Assembly: GCA_964644845.1 (NCBI GenBank)
Contig: CAZXXS010000048.1
Location: 19,695-83,694, forward strand
Direction of reading: 5' to 3'
DNA length: 64,000 bases
Origin: an uncultured Cytophagia bacterium
GTDB taxonomy: Bacteria; Zhuqueibacterota; Zhuqueibacteria; Oleimicrobiales; Geothermoviventaceae
The notes under the pieces are model-generated. The model saw nothing but the letters and a program-made list of their open reading frames with translations, did no database searches and was not told the DNA's origin. Positions 18,392 to 28,193 of the stretch are shown piece by piece; positions within the stretch are counted from its first letter, which is position 1; every line of letters begins with the position of its first letter. The position numbers and the translations under genes are program-made.

Positions 18392-19206
18392 GCCCAAGTC
18401 GCCGACTTTTCGTCACGCTCGCTCTGAGCGCCCTACTGCTCGGTCTGGTGCTCGCCTGCCAGATCGACCACGGCCTGGCACCGATGAAAAGCAAAATTGT
18501 CGGCAAGGTTATCTTCGTCGACAAGCTGCCGCCCAACACCGATCAGGTGCAGGTGGCCGTTGCCCGCACCTTTCCACCAAAAGCCCTCCTCGAGCTTGGG
18601 CTCAGTGGACCTCTCCCTTTCTGGCAGGACACCGTTGATTTCGAAATCTTGCTTCCTCTTGGCCACTACGAAGCCGTCGGCGTGCTGTGGAAAGAAAAGG
18701 GCCGGACCTGGTCCATTTCCAGCATTCTTGGTCTCTACACCCGTCGAAACAGCCTCCTGCCCCAGGCAGTTGACCTGACTGAAGAACACCCGGTTCAGGA
18801 CAGCGTCATCATCTACGCTGATCCCAATCTGATTGCCAGAGGGGCTTTTTTGCAGGGAAAAATCCACTACGAGGGCGAATGGTTCAGCGACATCCAGATC
18901 GTCGTTCTGGCAGCTTTCCCAGTCGTCCCCGAAGAGCAGGTGGACTACCTCACCGCACGCGGTTTCGACATGACAAGGCCCGTTGGGGTGCAGGAGGACG
19001 ACTTCGTTCTGGACGTTACACCCGATACTCTGCGTTACATCGCCGTCTACTCCATTTCCCAGGAGGCCGGATCTTTTAAGTTCCGCGAGCTGGGTGTGTA
19101 CGAAGACCCCGACCATCCCGGGCAACCCGGCAGCGTGGTTGTGGCCAAAGGAGATACTGCCAAAGGCATCGACATCACCGTGGATTTCAGCAAGGTAGAG
19201 CCGTGA
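18388..19206 (+). CDS. lipoprotein of unknown function (two repeated beta-sandwich-like halves)
   Basis: GTG start overlaps the upstream TGA (GTGA). Signal peptide plus lipobox LGLVLAC. Internal duplication (GKVIFVDKLPPN... / GKIHYEGEWFSD...). Confidence 0.75.
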   Translation: MSPSRRLFVTLALSALLLGLVLACQIDHGLAPMKSKIVGKVIFVDKLPPNTDQVQVAVARTFPPKALLELGLSGPLPFWQDTVDFEILLPLGHYEAVGVLWKEKGRTWSISSILGLYTRRNSLLPQAVDLTEEHPVQDSVIIYADPNLIARGAFLQGKIHYEGEWFSDIQIVVLAAFPVVPEEQVDYLTARGFDMTRPVGVQEDDFVLDVTPDTLRYIAVYSISQEAGSFKFRELGVYEDPDHPGQPGSVVVAKGDTAKGIDITVDFSKVEP

Positions 19207-21362
19207 GACGCTGGGTTGCCAGCATTGCTCTCCTCTTTCTGCTCGCGATCGTCGCAAACGGCGCTGGCGCTCAGTCACGCACCGGCGTGGTTACGGGCAA
19301 AGTGCGCGATGCAAAGACTGCTGAACCCCTTCCCGGTGTCAACGTACTCGTGGTGGGCACACCTTTCGGAGCCAGTACCGACCTGAACGGCGTTTACAAG
19401 ATTCGCGGTGTCCCCCCAGGCACCTACACCATCCGCGCGCTGATGATCGGTTACGCACCAGGTCGAGCAACGGGTGTCCACGTCTTCCCGGGCGACACGG
19501 TGCGCGTCGACTTTGACCTGCGGCCCAGTGTGGTGGAGCTCAGCCCAGTCGTGGTAACTGCAGACAAAAGTGGAACGCCCATCGAGGAGAGCACGACAAG
19601 CGTCTCGGTAATCGGTGCCCGCGAACTCGAGCAGCGCGCCCCGCTTCGTCTCGACAAAGCTCTCGAAGTCGTACCGGGTGTCTTCTTCGTCGGGAACCAC
19701 GTGAACATCCGGGCCTGTTCAGGTTACAGTCGGGGTGCCGGCACTCGGGTCCTGTTTCTGGTGGACGGCGTGCCAACCATGGCCGGCGACACGGGTGAAA
19801 TCAACTGGGACGCTCTGCCCGTGATGGACATCGAGCGCATCGAGGTAGTCAAGGGTGCCGCTTCGGCTCTGTACGGGTCGAATGCCCTCGGTGGAGTCAT
19901 CAATGTGATTACCAGAGCGCCCGCAAGTCGTCACCGTACCTTGTTTCGACTGACCGCCGGAGTGTACGACAAGCCCGTGTACCCGGAGTGGCGATGGACA
20001 AATCGCCTTTTGCACTACGATCGCGTCGACGTTTCCCACTCACAGCGATTCGGCCCCGTGGCCTTGGACATTTCTTTGGGCAGGCACGAGTCCACGGGCG
20101 ACCGCCAGAACGGTCACTTTCGGCGTTACAACGCTTCGGCGAAGGTGCAAACTCGCTTTCCGTGGGGTGGACGCTTGTTGGCCTACCTTGCCTACGAAAA
20201 CGACAAACGCGGCGAGTTCATTCAGTGGCTGAATCAAAATCATCCGTTCCAGGTACCCGTCTCGGATTTGAAGATTCGCGCTCGACTAAGCGCACTGAAT
20301 ACTTACCTGCAGTACTTTCAGACTCTGTCGCCTCGGCTCTCCGTCAGATGGCGGGCTTCCGTGTTCCGAACCCTGATGGGCAACCAGTACCGGCGTTCAG
20401 GAGACTTCAATCCAGCTTTTGGGCAAGGTACCGAGCTGCAAGTGGACTACTTGCCCCACCCAAGTCACTCCGTCACGGCCGGTCTGGAACTCAAGGAAGA
20501 CATCGGCCACAACAAGTTCATCGGACACCACAGGGGCCTACAGATTGGCCCTTACGTGCACGAAGAGTGGCGCGTGTCGCCACGCCTGAAACTCGTTCTC
20601 GGGGCTCGCTTCGACCGCTACACCCTGCTCGGCGAGTCTTTCAGCGAAAGGCACCTGAGTCCACGCGCAGGGATCAACTACCGACCGCTTGCAGGGACGG
20701 CTCTGCGCCTTGGTTACGCGAAGGGTTTCCGAGCCGCTTCTGTCACCGAACGTTACCTTCGTCTGGATTTCGCCGGTCTCCACATCATTCCGAACCCGGG
20801 CCTGCACAGCGAGATTTCCGAGGATTGGGATTTCGGCATCCGGCAACAGATTACGCCCTCTTGGTACCTGGACCTTTCAGTGTTCCGCAACGACTACTGG
20901 AATCTAATCGAGGCTGTGCCCGATCCTTTTCTGACAGTGCAGTTCAAAAACGTGACGCGGGCACGCATTTCGGGTGTTGAGATCGATTCCGAGGGAAGCT
21001 GGTGGCAAAATCGTTTGTCCCTGCGCGTCGGCGTGACCTACACGGATCATCAAGATCTGGTTTACCACAAGCCCCTGGCTTACAGACCGAAGTGGACGGC
21101 CGTCCTTTCGCCCCAAATACACTTCGGCCGGTACAGTCTTCAAGCCGATTACCGCTACGCCAGCCGCTTCGAGGAGGTCCAACTTTTCCCGATGGATCCC
21201 CGCGTACCCATGAAGATTCTGGACGTACGGTTCTTAGTACGCTTTGGCCGACTGACTGTCCAAGTGTCAGCCAACAACGCCCTGGCCTACTACTACACTT
21301 TTCTCGAGCGCAACATGGGGGAAACGCGCAACTACGCCCTCACCTTGATGGGAGCATTTTAG
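19203..21362 (+). CDS. TonB-dependent outer-membrane receptor with N-terminal carboxypeptidase-regulatory-like domain
   Basis: GTG start overlaps the upstream TGA. CarbopepD_reg-like VVTGKVRD..GVNVLVVGT..DLNGVYKIRGVPPGTYTI. Plug (VVTADKSGTPIEESTTSVSVIGARELEQR). Barrel with terminal Phe. Confidence 0.88.
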   Translation: MRRWVASIALLFLLAIVANGAGAQSRTGVVTGKVRDAKTAEPLPGVNVLVVGTPFGASTDLNGVYKIRGVPPGTYTIRALMIGYAPGRATGVHVFPGDTVRVDFDLRPSVVELSPVVVTADKSGTPIEESTTSVSVIGARELEQRAPLRLDKALEVVPGVFFVGNHVNIRACSGYSRGAGTRVLFLVDGVPTMAGDTGEINWDALPVMDIERIEVVKGAASALYGSNALGGVINVITRAPASRHRTLFRLTAGVYDKPVYPEWRWTNRLLHYDRVDVSHSQRFGPVALDISLGRHESTGDRQNGHFRRYNASAKVQTRFPWGGRLLAYLAYENDKRGEFIQWLNQNHPFQVPVSDLKIRARLSALNTYLQYFQTLSPRLSVRWRASVFRTLMGNQYRRSGDFNPAFGQGTELQVDYLPHPSHSVTAGLELKEDIGHNKFIGHHRGLQIGPYVHEEWRVSPRLKLVLGARFDRYTLLGESFSERHLSPRAGINYRPLAGTALRLGYAKGFRAASVTERYLRLDFAGLHIIPNPGLHSEISEDWDFGIRQQITPSWYLDLSVFRNDYWNLIEAVPDPFLTVQFKNVTRARISGVEIDSEGSWWQNRLSLRVGVTYTDHQDLVYHKPLAYRPKWTAVLSPQIHFGRYSLQADYRYASRFEEVQLFPMDPRVPMKILDVRFLVRFGRLTVQVSANNALAYYYTFLERNMGETRNYALTLMGAF

Positions 21363-21364
21363 CC

Positions 21365-22108
21365 ATGCGACGTGGTCGCCGTTGGTTGAGTCCGCGACTC
21401 GCGGTCTTGATGTTCCTGTCCACCTTGTTCAACTGCACCCCTACCCACCCGCTCTCCGCCCAGGATGTCGACCTGCGCTTCAGAGTACACTACCTGGGCA
21501 TGCGAGTAGGCAGCCTTCAGATTCAGGCGCGAGATTCCACAACCGCGGCAGGGGTTAACCTGCGTGTTGTGCGGCTCTACTCCAAGACGGCGCGTCTTGC
21601 CGGGGCTCTATTCAGCGTCGAAAACCGTTACACCGTTGTTTACGACCCCGCTGAGCGCCGCCTCCTTTCGATCACCAAATCCATCCGGCAGAGTAACGTG
21701 TCGCACCGCGTCGTCATCCAGTACTCGGGCCAACACGCCACGCTGCACAACGCCACGACCCGCCGATGGGACACGTCCGGTCCCGTCCTGGACATCGTGT
21801 CCCTGCTGGATGTTCTGTTGCGGTTCCACCCCACGGACACCACGTTCACCGTGGCCCTGGACCAGGAAGCTGCTCCCATGAAAGCGTGGGTGAGAATCTA
21901 CTCCGGGGCGAAAGGCCGGTTCGCCACAGCAATTGTCCGAAATGCAGGCAAAAAGTCCCGTCACTGGAAAACCGACCTTTTGACCAACCGCTTTTCGAAA
22001 GAAGGCGCTCGCCTCGAGCTTCGCTTTCGGCCCGGCCAGACAGTACCCTACCTGCTTCGCTACAGTTTGGGCCCGGCCATGGCCACAGCAAAGCTGATCA
22101 CGAAATAA
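21365..22108 (+). CDS. small secreted beta-rich protein of unknown function (possibly DUF3108-like)
   Basis: ATG 2 bp after the TBDT stop. Signal peptide MRRGRRWLSPRLAVLMFLSTLFNCTPTHPLSA|QD. The track ORF 21002.. is an upstream extension. Confidence 0.7.
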   Translation: MRRGRRWLSPRLAVLMFLSTLFNCTPTHPLSAQDVDLRFRVHYLGMRVGSLQIQARDSTTAAGVNLRVVRLYSKTARLAGALFSVENRYTVVYDPAERRLLSITKSIRQSNVSHRVVIQYSGQHATLHNATTRRWDTSGPVLDIVSLLDVLLRFHPTDTTFTVALDQEAAPMKAWVRIYSGAKGRFATAIVRNAGKKSRHWKTDLLTNRFSKEGARLELRFRPGQTVPYLLRYSLGPAMATAKLITK

Positions 22109-22237
22109 CTTGCAAAGCATGCTGCTGGCGTCGTAACTTCTACCGGCGAGAGTACCCCAATCTCTCCCATCAGGTGGTCCCCCACATCGAGCTTTTTTTC
22201 CGGTCTAAAACATCAGACAACGGAGCGGGTTTGATCC

Positions 22238-23833
22238 ATGCTTGTACCGCCCATCGTTGGCTACGCCGAAACGCACTACCGGATGGGCTTCGTACCCAGC
22301 CTGCTGAAAAAGGCTGAGCCGGAGATTATTTTCGATGTGCCCCACCGGATCTCACCCGGGCATCCCCTGCCTGTCCTGCTGCTCATCAAGGACGCGCACC
22401 GTTACCCGGTCGCCACACTGGAAGTGAACGTTGAGCTGCGGGTACCGGGAAAGCCCGTACTACGCCGCGGCTTCGACCTCCGCGGCGAAGTCATCGAGCT
22501 TCCGTGGTGGTGGAAGGTCTTTTCTGTGGAGCGCCCGCAGGACTTCACCGGAGACGCTACGGTGCGCGTGGAAGGCCGGTTTCGCCAGGGCGACCGTGAG
22601 TTTTTCGTAACTGCGGACAACCACCGAAAAACCAGCCACGACCCGTTCGTCGTTCATTTTGCCGAAGAGCCTTTACCCTACCCTCAAAACTGGCACGCGG
22701 GCGACTTGCACACGCACAGTCACCTCACGGCCGATCAGGTCGAGTTCGGCGTCCCGTGGGAAGCTGCCCGGCCGCTCGCCCAGGCCCTTGGCCTGAGCTG
22801 GTTCGCCGTCACAGATCACAGCTACGACCTTGACGACCACCACCACTCCTTCACTGAGCGTGACCCCGAGCTACAGAAGTGGCACCAGCTGTGGCACGCG
22901 GCTGACACGCAGCACGCAAATGGCAACGACGTCGTGTTGCTGCCCGGTGAGGAGCTTTCTGTCGGCAACGCGCACCGTCGAAACGTGCACATGCTAATTC
23001 TCGGCGACCGACAATTCTTCGAAGGATCTGGCGACAGCGCGGAGAAATGGCTTCGGACCAAACCGCAGTGGCTGATTCCGGAAGTGCTGGAGCAGGTCCA
23101 GAAGGATGCCCTCGTGGTGGCAGCACATCCGGGAGCGCCGGTTCCTCTTCTCGAGTGGATTCTCCTCCGGCGAGGACGCTGGAGCACCCGAGACCTCACC
23201 CATCCACGCCTGGACGGCTTACAGGCACTGAACGGCGCGTTCGACTCCGGTTTCGACCGCGGGCTCAGCTTGTGGATTCGCCTACTGCTCGCCGGAGCCA
23301 GACTGTTCCTCTACGGGGGCAACGATGCCCACGGCAACTTCGCCCGCTTTCGTCAAATTGGCTTTCCTTTTTTCACCATGCGCGAGACGCTTGAACAGCG
23401 TTTCGGGGTTGCCAAGACCGTCGTGCACCTGGAAGGTCCTAAGAACCGCGCGTCCCTGCTCGATTCGCTCAAGAGAGGACGCATTGTCGTTACAGATGGG
23501 CCCTTTCTGGAGATTGAGTTGCGCGGGGCCAATGGGAAAACTGCGATGATGGGTCAGCTTTTGCACGAGGCCCCAACTGGCCTTCACTTACGGGCAAGAA
23601 GTTCCCCCGAGTACGGCTACGTTCGCGAAATCCGTGTCTGGCTCGGCGAAATCGGAGACGCCGAGGTGCGTGTGCACCGCGTTCGCAGAACCAGGCTGGA
23701 TTACAGCTTCGAGACCGAGATCCAGCTCCCCCGCCTCCCGCGGCGTGGCTACGTCCGCGCTGTCCTGTTCACCCGCCAAAGAGGCGACCACTACGCTTTC
23801 ACAAATCCCGTGTGGTTTGATCTGACAGCGTAA
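22238..23833 (+). CDS. PHP-domain (CehA/McbA-like) metal-dependent phosphoesterase with ~150-aa N-terminal extension; no signal peptide
   Basis: PHP motifs GDLHTHSH, AVTDHSYDLDD, HMLILGD, AAHPG. Last gene of the + strand operon. Confidence 0.7.
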   Translation: MLVPPIVGYAETHYRMGFVPSLLKKAEPEIIFDVPHRISPGHPLPVLLLIKDAHRYPVATLEVNVELRVPGKPVLRRGFDLRGEVIELPWWWKVFSVERPQDFTGDATVRVEGRFRQGDREFFVTADNHRKTSHDPFVVHFAEEPLPYPQNWHAGDLHTHSHLTADQVEFGVPWEAARPLAQALGLSWFAVTDHSYDLDDHHHSFTERDPELQKWHQLWHAADTQHANGNDVVLLPGEELSVGNAHRRNVHMLILGDRQFFEGSGDSAEKWLRTKPQWLIPEVLEQVQKDALVVAAHPGAPVPLLEWILLRRGRWSTRDLTHPRLDGLQALNGAFDSGFDRGLSLWIRLLLAGARLFLYGGNDAHGNFARFRQIGFPFFTMRETLEQRFGVAKTVVHLEGPKNRASLLDSLKRGRIVVTDGPFLEIELRGANGKTAMMGQLLHEAPTGLHLRARSSPEYGYVREIRVWLGEIGDAEVRVHRVRRTRLDYSFETEIQLPRLPRRGYVRAVLFTRQRGDHYAFTNPVWFDLTA

Positions 23834-23985
23834 ACCACACCGCCCCGACGCCTTTCAGAAACTGCTGCACCAGAAAGGAAGCGGCCGCGCGCCTCTACGC
23901 GCAGCCCGAACAAGACGCCGCCCCCTGGGACCACACGCCGCGACCAAAAGATTCGCCAACCTCAGCAGTTTGCAAACGCTCGGGC

Positions 23986-24513
23986 TCAGAAAATGCGGAT
24001 TTTCTTGATGATCCTCTTGAGCGAGCGACCAAACCGCTTGGGAATGATCTCGACGTGCCTTTCGGGACCTTCGCCGCTGCTTTGAGTCTCTACCCCCTCG
24101 ACGAGTTTCAACTCCGTGTGCACGATGAAGCGCTCGTAGCTCCCCATCGGCGGCAGGCTCACGCGTTCGCCCGTTTGCAGGGCCTTTTCTGCTTCTTTCC
24201 GCGCCAACTTCTTGATGTTTCCGATCGGGATCACGTGTAGCTTGTAGTCGTCGCCATCCCGCACCGTGCGGGTTTCGATGTCGGGGAAACGGTCAAAAAA
24301 ACGGTGAATGCGTTTCCTTTCGAAAGAGTCCAGGCCCTCGAGAACGACTCGGTCAATCGAATCGCGAAGCTTACGCTGAACGTCAATCAAGATTCGATCG
24401 ATCTTAGGCATTCGGCCATCGCCCCTCCGCTCCGGCCTACGGCGTCGGCGATTGTGACCACCGTGTCGCGTGTCCCTGCGCGTCTCTGCTCGATGTTCTG
24501 TCTCCGTTGCCAT
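23986..24513 (-). CDS. R3H-domain RNA-binding protein (Jag/KhpB-like) with Arg-rich N-terminus
   Basis: LPPMGSYERFIVHTEL is an R3H signature. ATG at 24513 with AAGGTGGTGA RBS. The track ORF extends to 24558. Confidence 0.65.
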   Translation of the reverse strand: MATETEHRAETRRDTRHGGHNRRRRRPERRGDGRMPKIDRILIDVQRKLRDSIDRVVLEGLDSFERKRIHRFFDRFPDIETRTVRDGDDYKLHVIPIGNIKKLARKEAEKALQTGERVSLPPMGSYERFIVHTELKLVEGVETQSSGEGPERHVEIIPKRFGRSLKRIIKKIRIF

Positions 24514-24564
24514 GCTCTCACCACCTTTGATCTGGAAAACGACGTAAACTCCTTCCATTCGGAT

Positions 24565-25998
24565 CTAATCTCGAATCCGCGAGGGAATTTCGCGGAGCAA
24601 CTTGTCGTGAATTCCGCCAAACGATCCGTTGCTGAAAGCGATAATTACATCGCCCCGGCGAACCCCCGAAAGCACACGTTCCGCCACAGCTTCGATCGAA
24701 CGCTCAGCCCAAGCGTTTCCACCCCTTTGTACGATGTCAGAGGCCAAGTCCAATACATCCAAACGCCTGTCGTTGCCGACTTTGTCCGGTCGATGGACCG
24801 GCGCAATCACAACCAGATCCGCCTCGCTCAGCGCCTCAGCGTAGGCTTTCTGAAAAATCGCTCGTCGGCTCGTCGCCGTGCGAGGCTCGAAAAGCGCCCA
24901 GATGCGCCGTCCCTCGAAGCGGCGCCTGGCGGCTCGCAGCGTTTCCCGCACCTCCGTGGGATGGTGTCCGAAATCGTCCACCACCAGCACACCGTTCACC
25001 TCGCCACGGATTTCCATCCGGCGCTTCACCCCCTCAAACGTCGCCAGCCCCTCGGCAATTTCGGTCGCATCCAGTCCCAGATGTCTGGCCACCGCTACGG
25101 CTGCCAGGGCGTTCCGGACATTGTGTTCCCCGAAGAGTTTCATTCGGAAACGCCCAAAGCGTTCCCCCTTGAAGTGGGCCTCGAATTCCGTGACCTCTGG
25201 TCCAATCCGGACATCCCGTGCCTGCCAGTCCGCGCCGCTGCCAAAGCTGGCCACGGGACAAAAGGCCCTTCCGAACAACGCGCGCACGTGTTCGTCTTCA
25301 GCCCAACCTACCAGCAAGCCATTCCCGGGCACAACGTTGACCAGGCGCCGAAAACCCGTCAAAATTTCCTCCAGATCCCGGTAAATGTCTGCGTGATCGA
25401 ACTCGATGGTTGTGACAACCAGAACACGCGGCAGGTAGTGCAGAAACTTTGGCCCTTTGTCGAAGAAAGCAGTGTCGTACTCATCGCCTTCGACCACAAA
25501 GACATCGCCTGAGCCTACCTTGTAACCTTGTCCGAAGTTGTGAGCGATGCCGCCGATCAAGAAACCAGGATCCCGGCCCGCAGATTCCAGCAGCCAGGCG
25601 ATCAACGAGCTGGTGGTGGTCTTACCGTGCGTTCCGGCGACAACGACACTCGTTCGACCTCGAATGAAGTACTCCCGCAGCACTTCCGGGAACGAAGCGT
25701 AGGGAATCCCGCGGTTCAACACCGCCTCCACCTCGGGATTTCCCCGCGAGAGAGCATTTCCGACGACCACAAGTTCCGGCTCGTCGTCAAGGTGCGCCTC
25801 GTCGTAACCCTCGTACACCGGAATGTCCCGTTCAGCAAGAAAAGCGTCCATCGGCGGGTAGGTGTGCTCGTCAACGCCCCACACCTGGTAGCCCTGGCTT
25901 TTTAACATGGCCGCCAGAGAAGCCATCGCTGTGCCAGCAATTCCGAGAAAATAAATCCGTTGTGGTCTGCTTGCCCGTTGCAAATCTGCTCTGTACAC
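24565..25998 (-). CDS. mpl: UDP-N-acetylmuramate:L-alanyl-gamma-D-glutamyl-meso-diaminopimelate ligase
   Basis: Collinear with E. coli Mpl: RIYFLGIAGTAM, VAGTHGKTTTSSLIAWLLE, DVFVVEGDEYDTAFFDKGPKFLHY. Confidence 0.88.
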   Translation of the reverse strand: MYRADLQRASRPQRIYFLGIAGTAMASLAAMLKSQGYQVWGVDEHTYPPMDAFLAERDIPVYEGYDEAHLDDEPELVVVGNALSRGNPEVEAVLNRGIPYASFPEVLREYFIRGRTSVVVAGTHGKTTTSSLIAWLLESAGRDPGFLIGGIAHNFGQGYKVGSGDVFVVEGDEYDTAFFDKGPKFLHYLPRVLVVTTIEFDHADIYRDLEEILTGFRRLVNVVPGNGLLVGWAEDEHVRALFGRAFCPVASFGSGADWQARDVRIGPEVTEFEAHFKGERFGRFRMKLFGEHNVRNALAAVAVARHLGLDATEIAEGLATFEGVKRRMEIRGEVNGVLVVDDFGHHPTEVRETLRAARRRFEGRRIWALFEPRTATSRRAIFQKAYAEALSEADLVVIAPVHRPDKVGNDRRLDVLDLASDIVQRGGNAWAERSIEAVAERVLSGVRRGDVIIAFSNGSFGGIHDKLLREIPSRIRD

Positions 25999-26522
25999 TA
26001 TTTTCGATCCACCTTCGCCGTAGTCAAAATCTGAGCCAGGTCCTGTTCGATCCCCAGTTCTGCCCGCTCCACAACGCGCCCAATCTCTCTTGCCCCAACC
26101 CGAACGATGAACGTCGGCACAGCTTCAATCCTGTACTGCGCTGCCGTGTCGTCGTTCTCCCGGAAACCGTGGGGGACCCCGTAGTACTTCACCCGAAGCT
26201 TCGGATTTTTCGCCTGATCTAGGGCTTTCATGAAGCGCGGAACTTCGCGCTTGCTGTCGGGACACCAGGTACCAAGAAAGACCACAATCTCAACCGGCGT
26301 TGTTACCGCCCTCAGGACGGCAACGGCTGCCGAATCCGGCTTGTAAGCCTCGTACACGCTCTTCCAGGCGGGTAGCGCCTCCAGGATCTGGCTTTCGCTC
26401 AACCCTCCAAGCAACACCGTCTCGCCGCCCCTTGGGTTGCCCGAAAACCCTTTCCAAATGAGCGCCCCGAGGAGAACGATCACCAGGGTCAAACCTGTTA
26501 AACCGATTTTCTTCATGAACAC
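25998..26522 (-). CDS. thioredoxin-fold (TlpA-like) protein, single Cys (WCPDS)
   Basis: Signal/TM MFMKKIGLTGLTLVIVLLGALIW. Thioredoxin-like VVFLGTWCPDSKREVPRF. Confidence 0.7.
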   Translation of the reverse strand: MFMKKIGLTGLTLVIVLLGALIWKGFSGNPRGGETVLLGGLSESQILEALPAWKSVYEAYKPDSAAVAVLRAVTTPVEIVVFLGTWCPDSKREVPRFMKALDQAKNPKLRVKYYGVPHGFRENDDTAAQYRIEAVPTFIVRVGAREIGRVVERAELGIEQDLAQILTTAKVDRK

Positions 26523-26597
26523 CTCCTGCCAACGGACAACGTACTTGAGGAACCAGCCGTGAAGGTCCCTGCTAATGCCCTGTGCTTCTCTCCGCCG

Positions 26598-27461
26598 TTA
26601 AGGTTGGGCTGGTTCTGCAACCGTTCGTCGAGGCACACGCCCAGCACGCTTACGCACTTCGCCATCGCGGTTGATCCACAGTTCCACAACCTGTCCGGGA
26701 GCGCCTACTGGCCCAACATCTTTGCCGTTCAGTTTCAGGGCCAATCCGCCCGCGTTCCCGGTCTTGATGTAAAACGTCCGAAAACCTTGCAACGTTTTGC
26801 TGTTTCCCGGCCCGAACAAGTATTCGTGTGCCAACGTGTCGTCCACAACCACACGAACCCAGCTACTGTCCGTGGCTTCAAGGGTGAGCGAAATCGGCGA
26901 AAGTGTCTGCACAGCAGCACGGTTGGGCGCTGGTCGCGGTTTTTGCCGCACGTTGGTGGGTGCAGCGGCGGTGTCGCTGAGCGCCGCCTCAAGCGGAATT
27001 TCCTTCACTCCTTGAGTTGCCGGGCCAAACCAGCGGTCCTTGTAGTGCGCGTAAATCCACACAATCGCACCGATCACGATCACAAACAGGGCAGCCAGAA
27101 CGTAGTCCCCCGTTCGCCTGGGGCGCCGTGCTGGCTTGCGCGTCTTTCCGGATGTCTCCGCCACGGATTCCGGGACTTCCGTTCCCCCTTCCGCTTCACC
27201 CCCTTCCTCAGGCTCCGGCTCCGGGTGCAAAAAGCTGTGAATCTGGTCGAGCAGTGGTTCTGCGTCAATCTCCAGCGCCTCGCACAGCGAGCGCACAAAA
27301 CCCCGTACGTACGGTTCCGGCAGGAAATCGTAGCGGTCCTGTTCGAGCAGCTCGATGTACTGGGTCAGGATACGGGTTCTCTCGTACAGCTGTTCAATGC
27401 TCAGCCCTTTTGCCTCGCGGGCTTCGCGGAGAACGGTCCCGACTGATTTTTCTTCTTCCAC
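26598..27461 (-). CDS. rodZ: RodZ-like cytoskeleton protein (XRE HTH + TM + DUF4115)
   Basis: HTH LREAREAKGLSIEQL. Acidic/Pro linker, TM, and a C-terminal DUF4115-like region (WVRVVVDD...TFYIKTGNAGGLALKLNG). Confidence 0.65.
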   Translation of the reverse strand: MEEEKSVGTVLREAREAKGLSIEQLYERTRILTQYIELLEQDRYDFLPEPYVRGFVRSLCEALEIDAEPLLDQIHSFLHPEPEPEEGGEAEGGTEVPESVAETSGKTRKPARRPRRTGDYVLAALFVIVIGAIVWIYAHYKDRWFGPATQGVKEIPLEAALSDTAAAPTNVRQKPRPAPNRAAVQTLSPISLTLEATDSSWVRVVVDDTLAHEYLFGPGNSKTLQGFRTFYIKTGNAGGLALKLNGKDVGPVGAPGQVVELWINRDGEVRKRAGRVPRRTVAEPAQP

Positions 27462-27476
27462 AGCCCCTCCTCCGTC

Positions 27477-28064
27477 CTAGAGTTGCGCCAGGAACTCACG
27501 CATCCGCACGTAGAAACGGGCGAGCGGGAAACCCACAACGTTGTAAAAACAGCCGTTGATCCAATCTACGAAAACGGCGCTCTGGTCCTGGATTCCGTAG
27601 GCCCCAGCTTTGTCCATCGGGCTTCCCGTGTCAATGTACCGCCAGATCTCGTCTTCCTCCAGCTCCCGAAAGTGGACCTCGGTGACCTCCACGTCAGCGA
27701 CGCTTGTTCCAGTCCGCGTGTCCACGACCGCGAAACCCGTGAACACCCTGTGCGTGCGCCCGCTGAGTTGCCTCAGCATTTGAAAAGCGTGTTCCCTGGA
27801 AGTGGGTTTGCCGAGGATTTGACCGTCAATCACGACGATCGTGTCAGCCCCCACAACCAGAGCGTCCGTTTCGGAAACCGCAACGTGCTCTGCTTTCCGT
27901 CTGGAGAGCACCAGCACGTGCTGCTTTGGTTCTACCGGTACATCATTTCTTTCGTCCGCACCGCTTTTTCGCACAACAAATTCCAGACCAACTTGCCGAA
28001 ACAGTTGCGCGCGTCGCGGCGATTCCGACGCAAGAATCAGGCGTCGTCCTTTCAGGTCGAACAT
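27477..28064 (-). CDS. maf: Maf-like nucleoside triphosphate pyrophosphatase / septum formation protein
   Basis: LILASESPRRAQL, VVGADTIV, DKAGAYGIQD are Maf family signatures. Confidence 0.9.
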   Translation of the reverse strand: MFDLKGRRLILASESPRRAQLFRQVGLEFVVRKSGADERNDVPVEPKQHVLVLSRRKAEHVAVSETDALVVGADTIVVIDGQILGKPTSREHAFQMLRQLSGRTHRVFTGFAVVDTRTGTSVADVEVTEVHFRELEEDEIWRYIDTGSPMDKAGAYGIQDQSAVFVDWINGCFYNVVGFPLARFYVRMREFLAQL

Positions 28065-28193
28065 CCGTCCACGCTTTGGTCAGGATTCCCGTTGTTCCAA
28101 CACCCACACCCTGTCGCACCCCTCGGCAAACCTGGTCCCTTACCCAGCCGAACCCGATGTGTGCCGAAATGAAGCTGGCCCGTCAGCCCGGGG

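Noticed and set aside
23834-23985. Convergent gene junction as replication terminus/dif site
   Set aside because: No AT-rich XerC/D-like dif motif, and the + strand C-rich skew does not flip across it. Just a local convergent junction.
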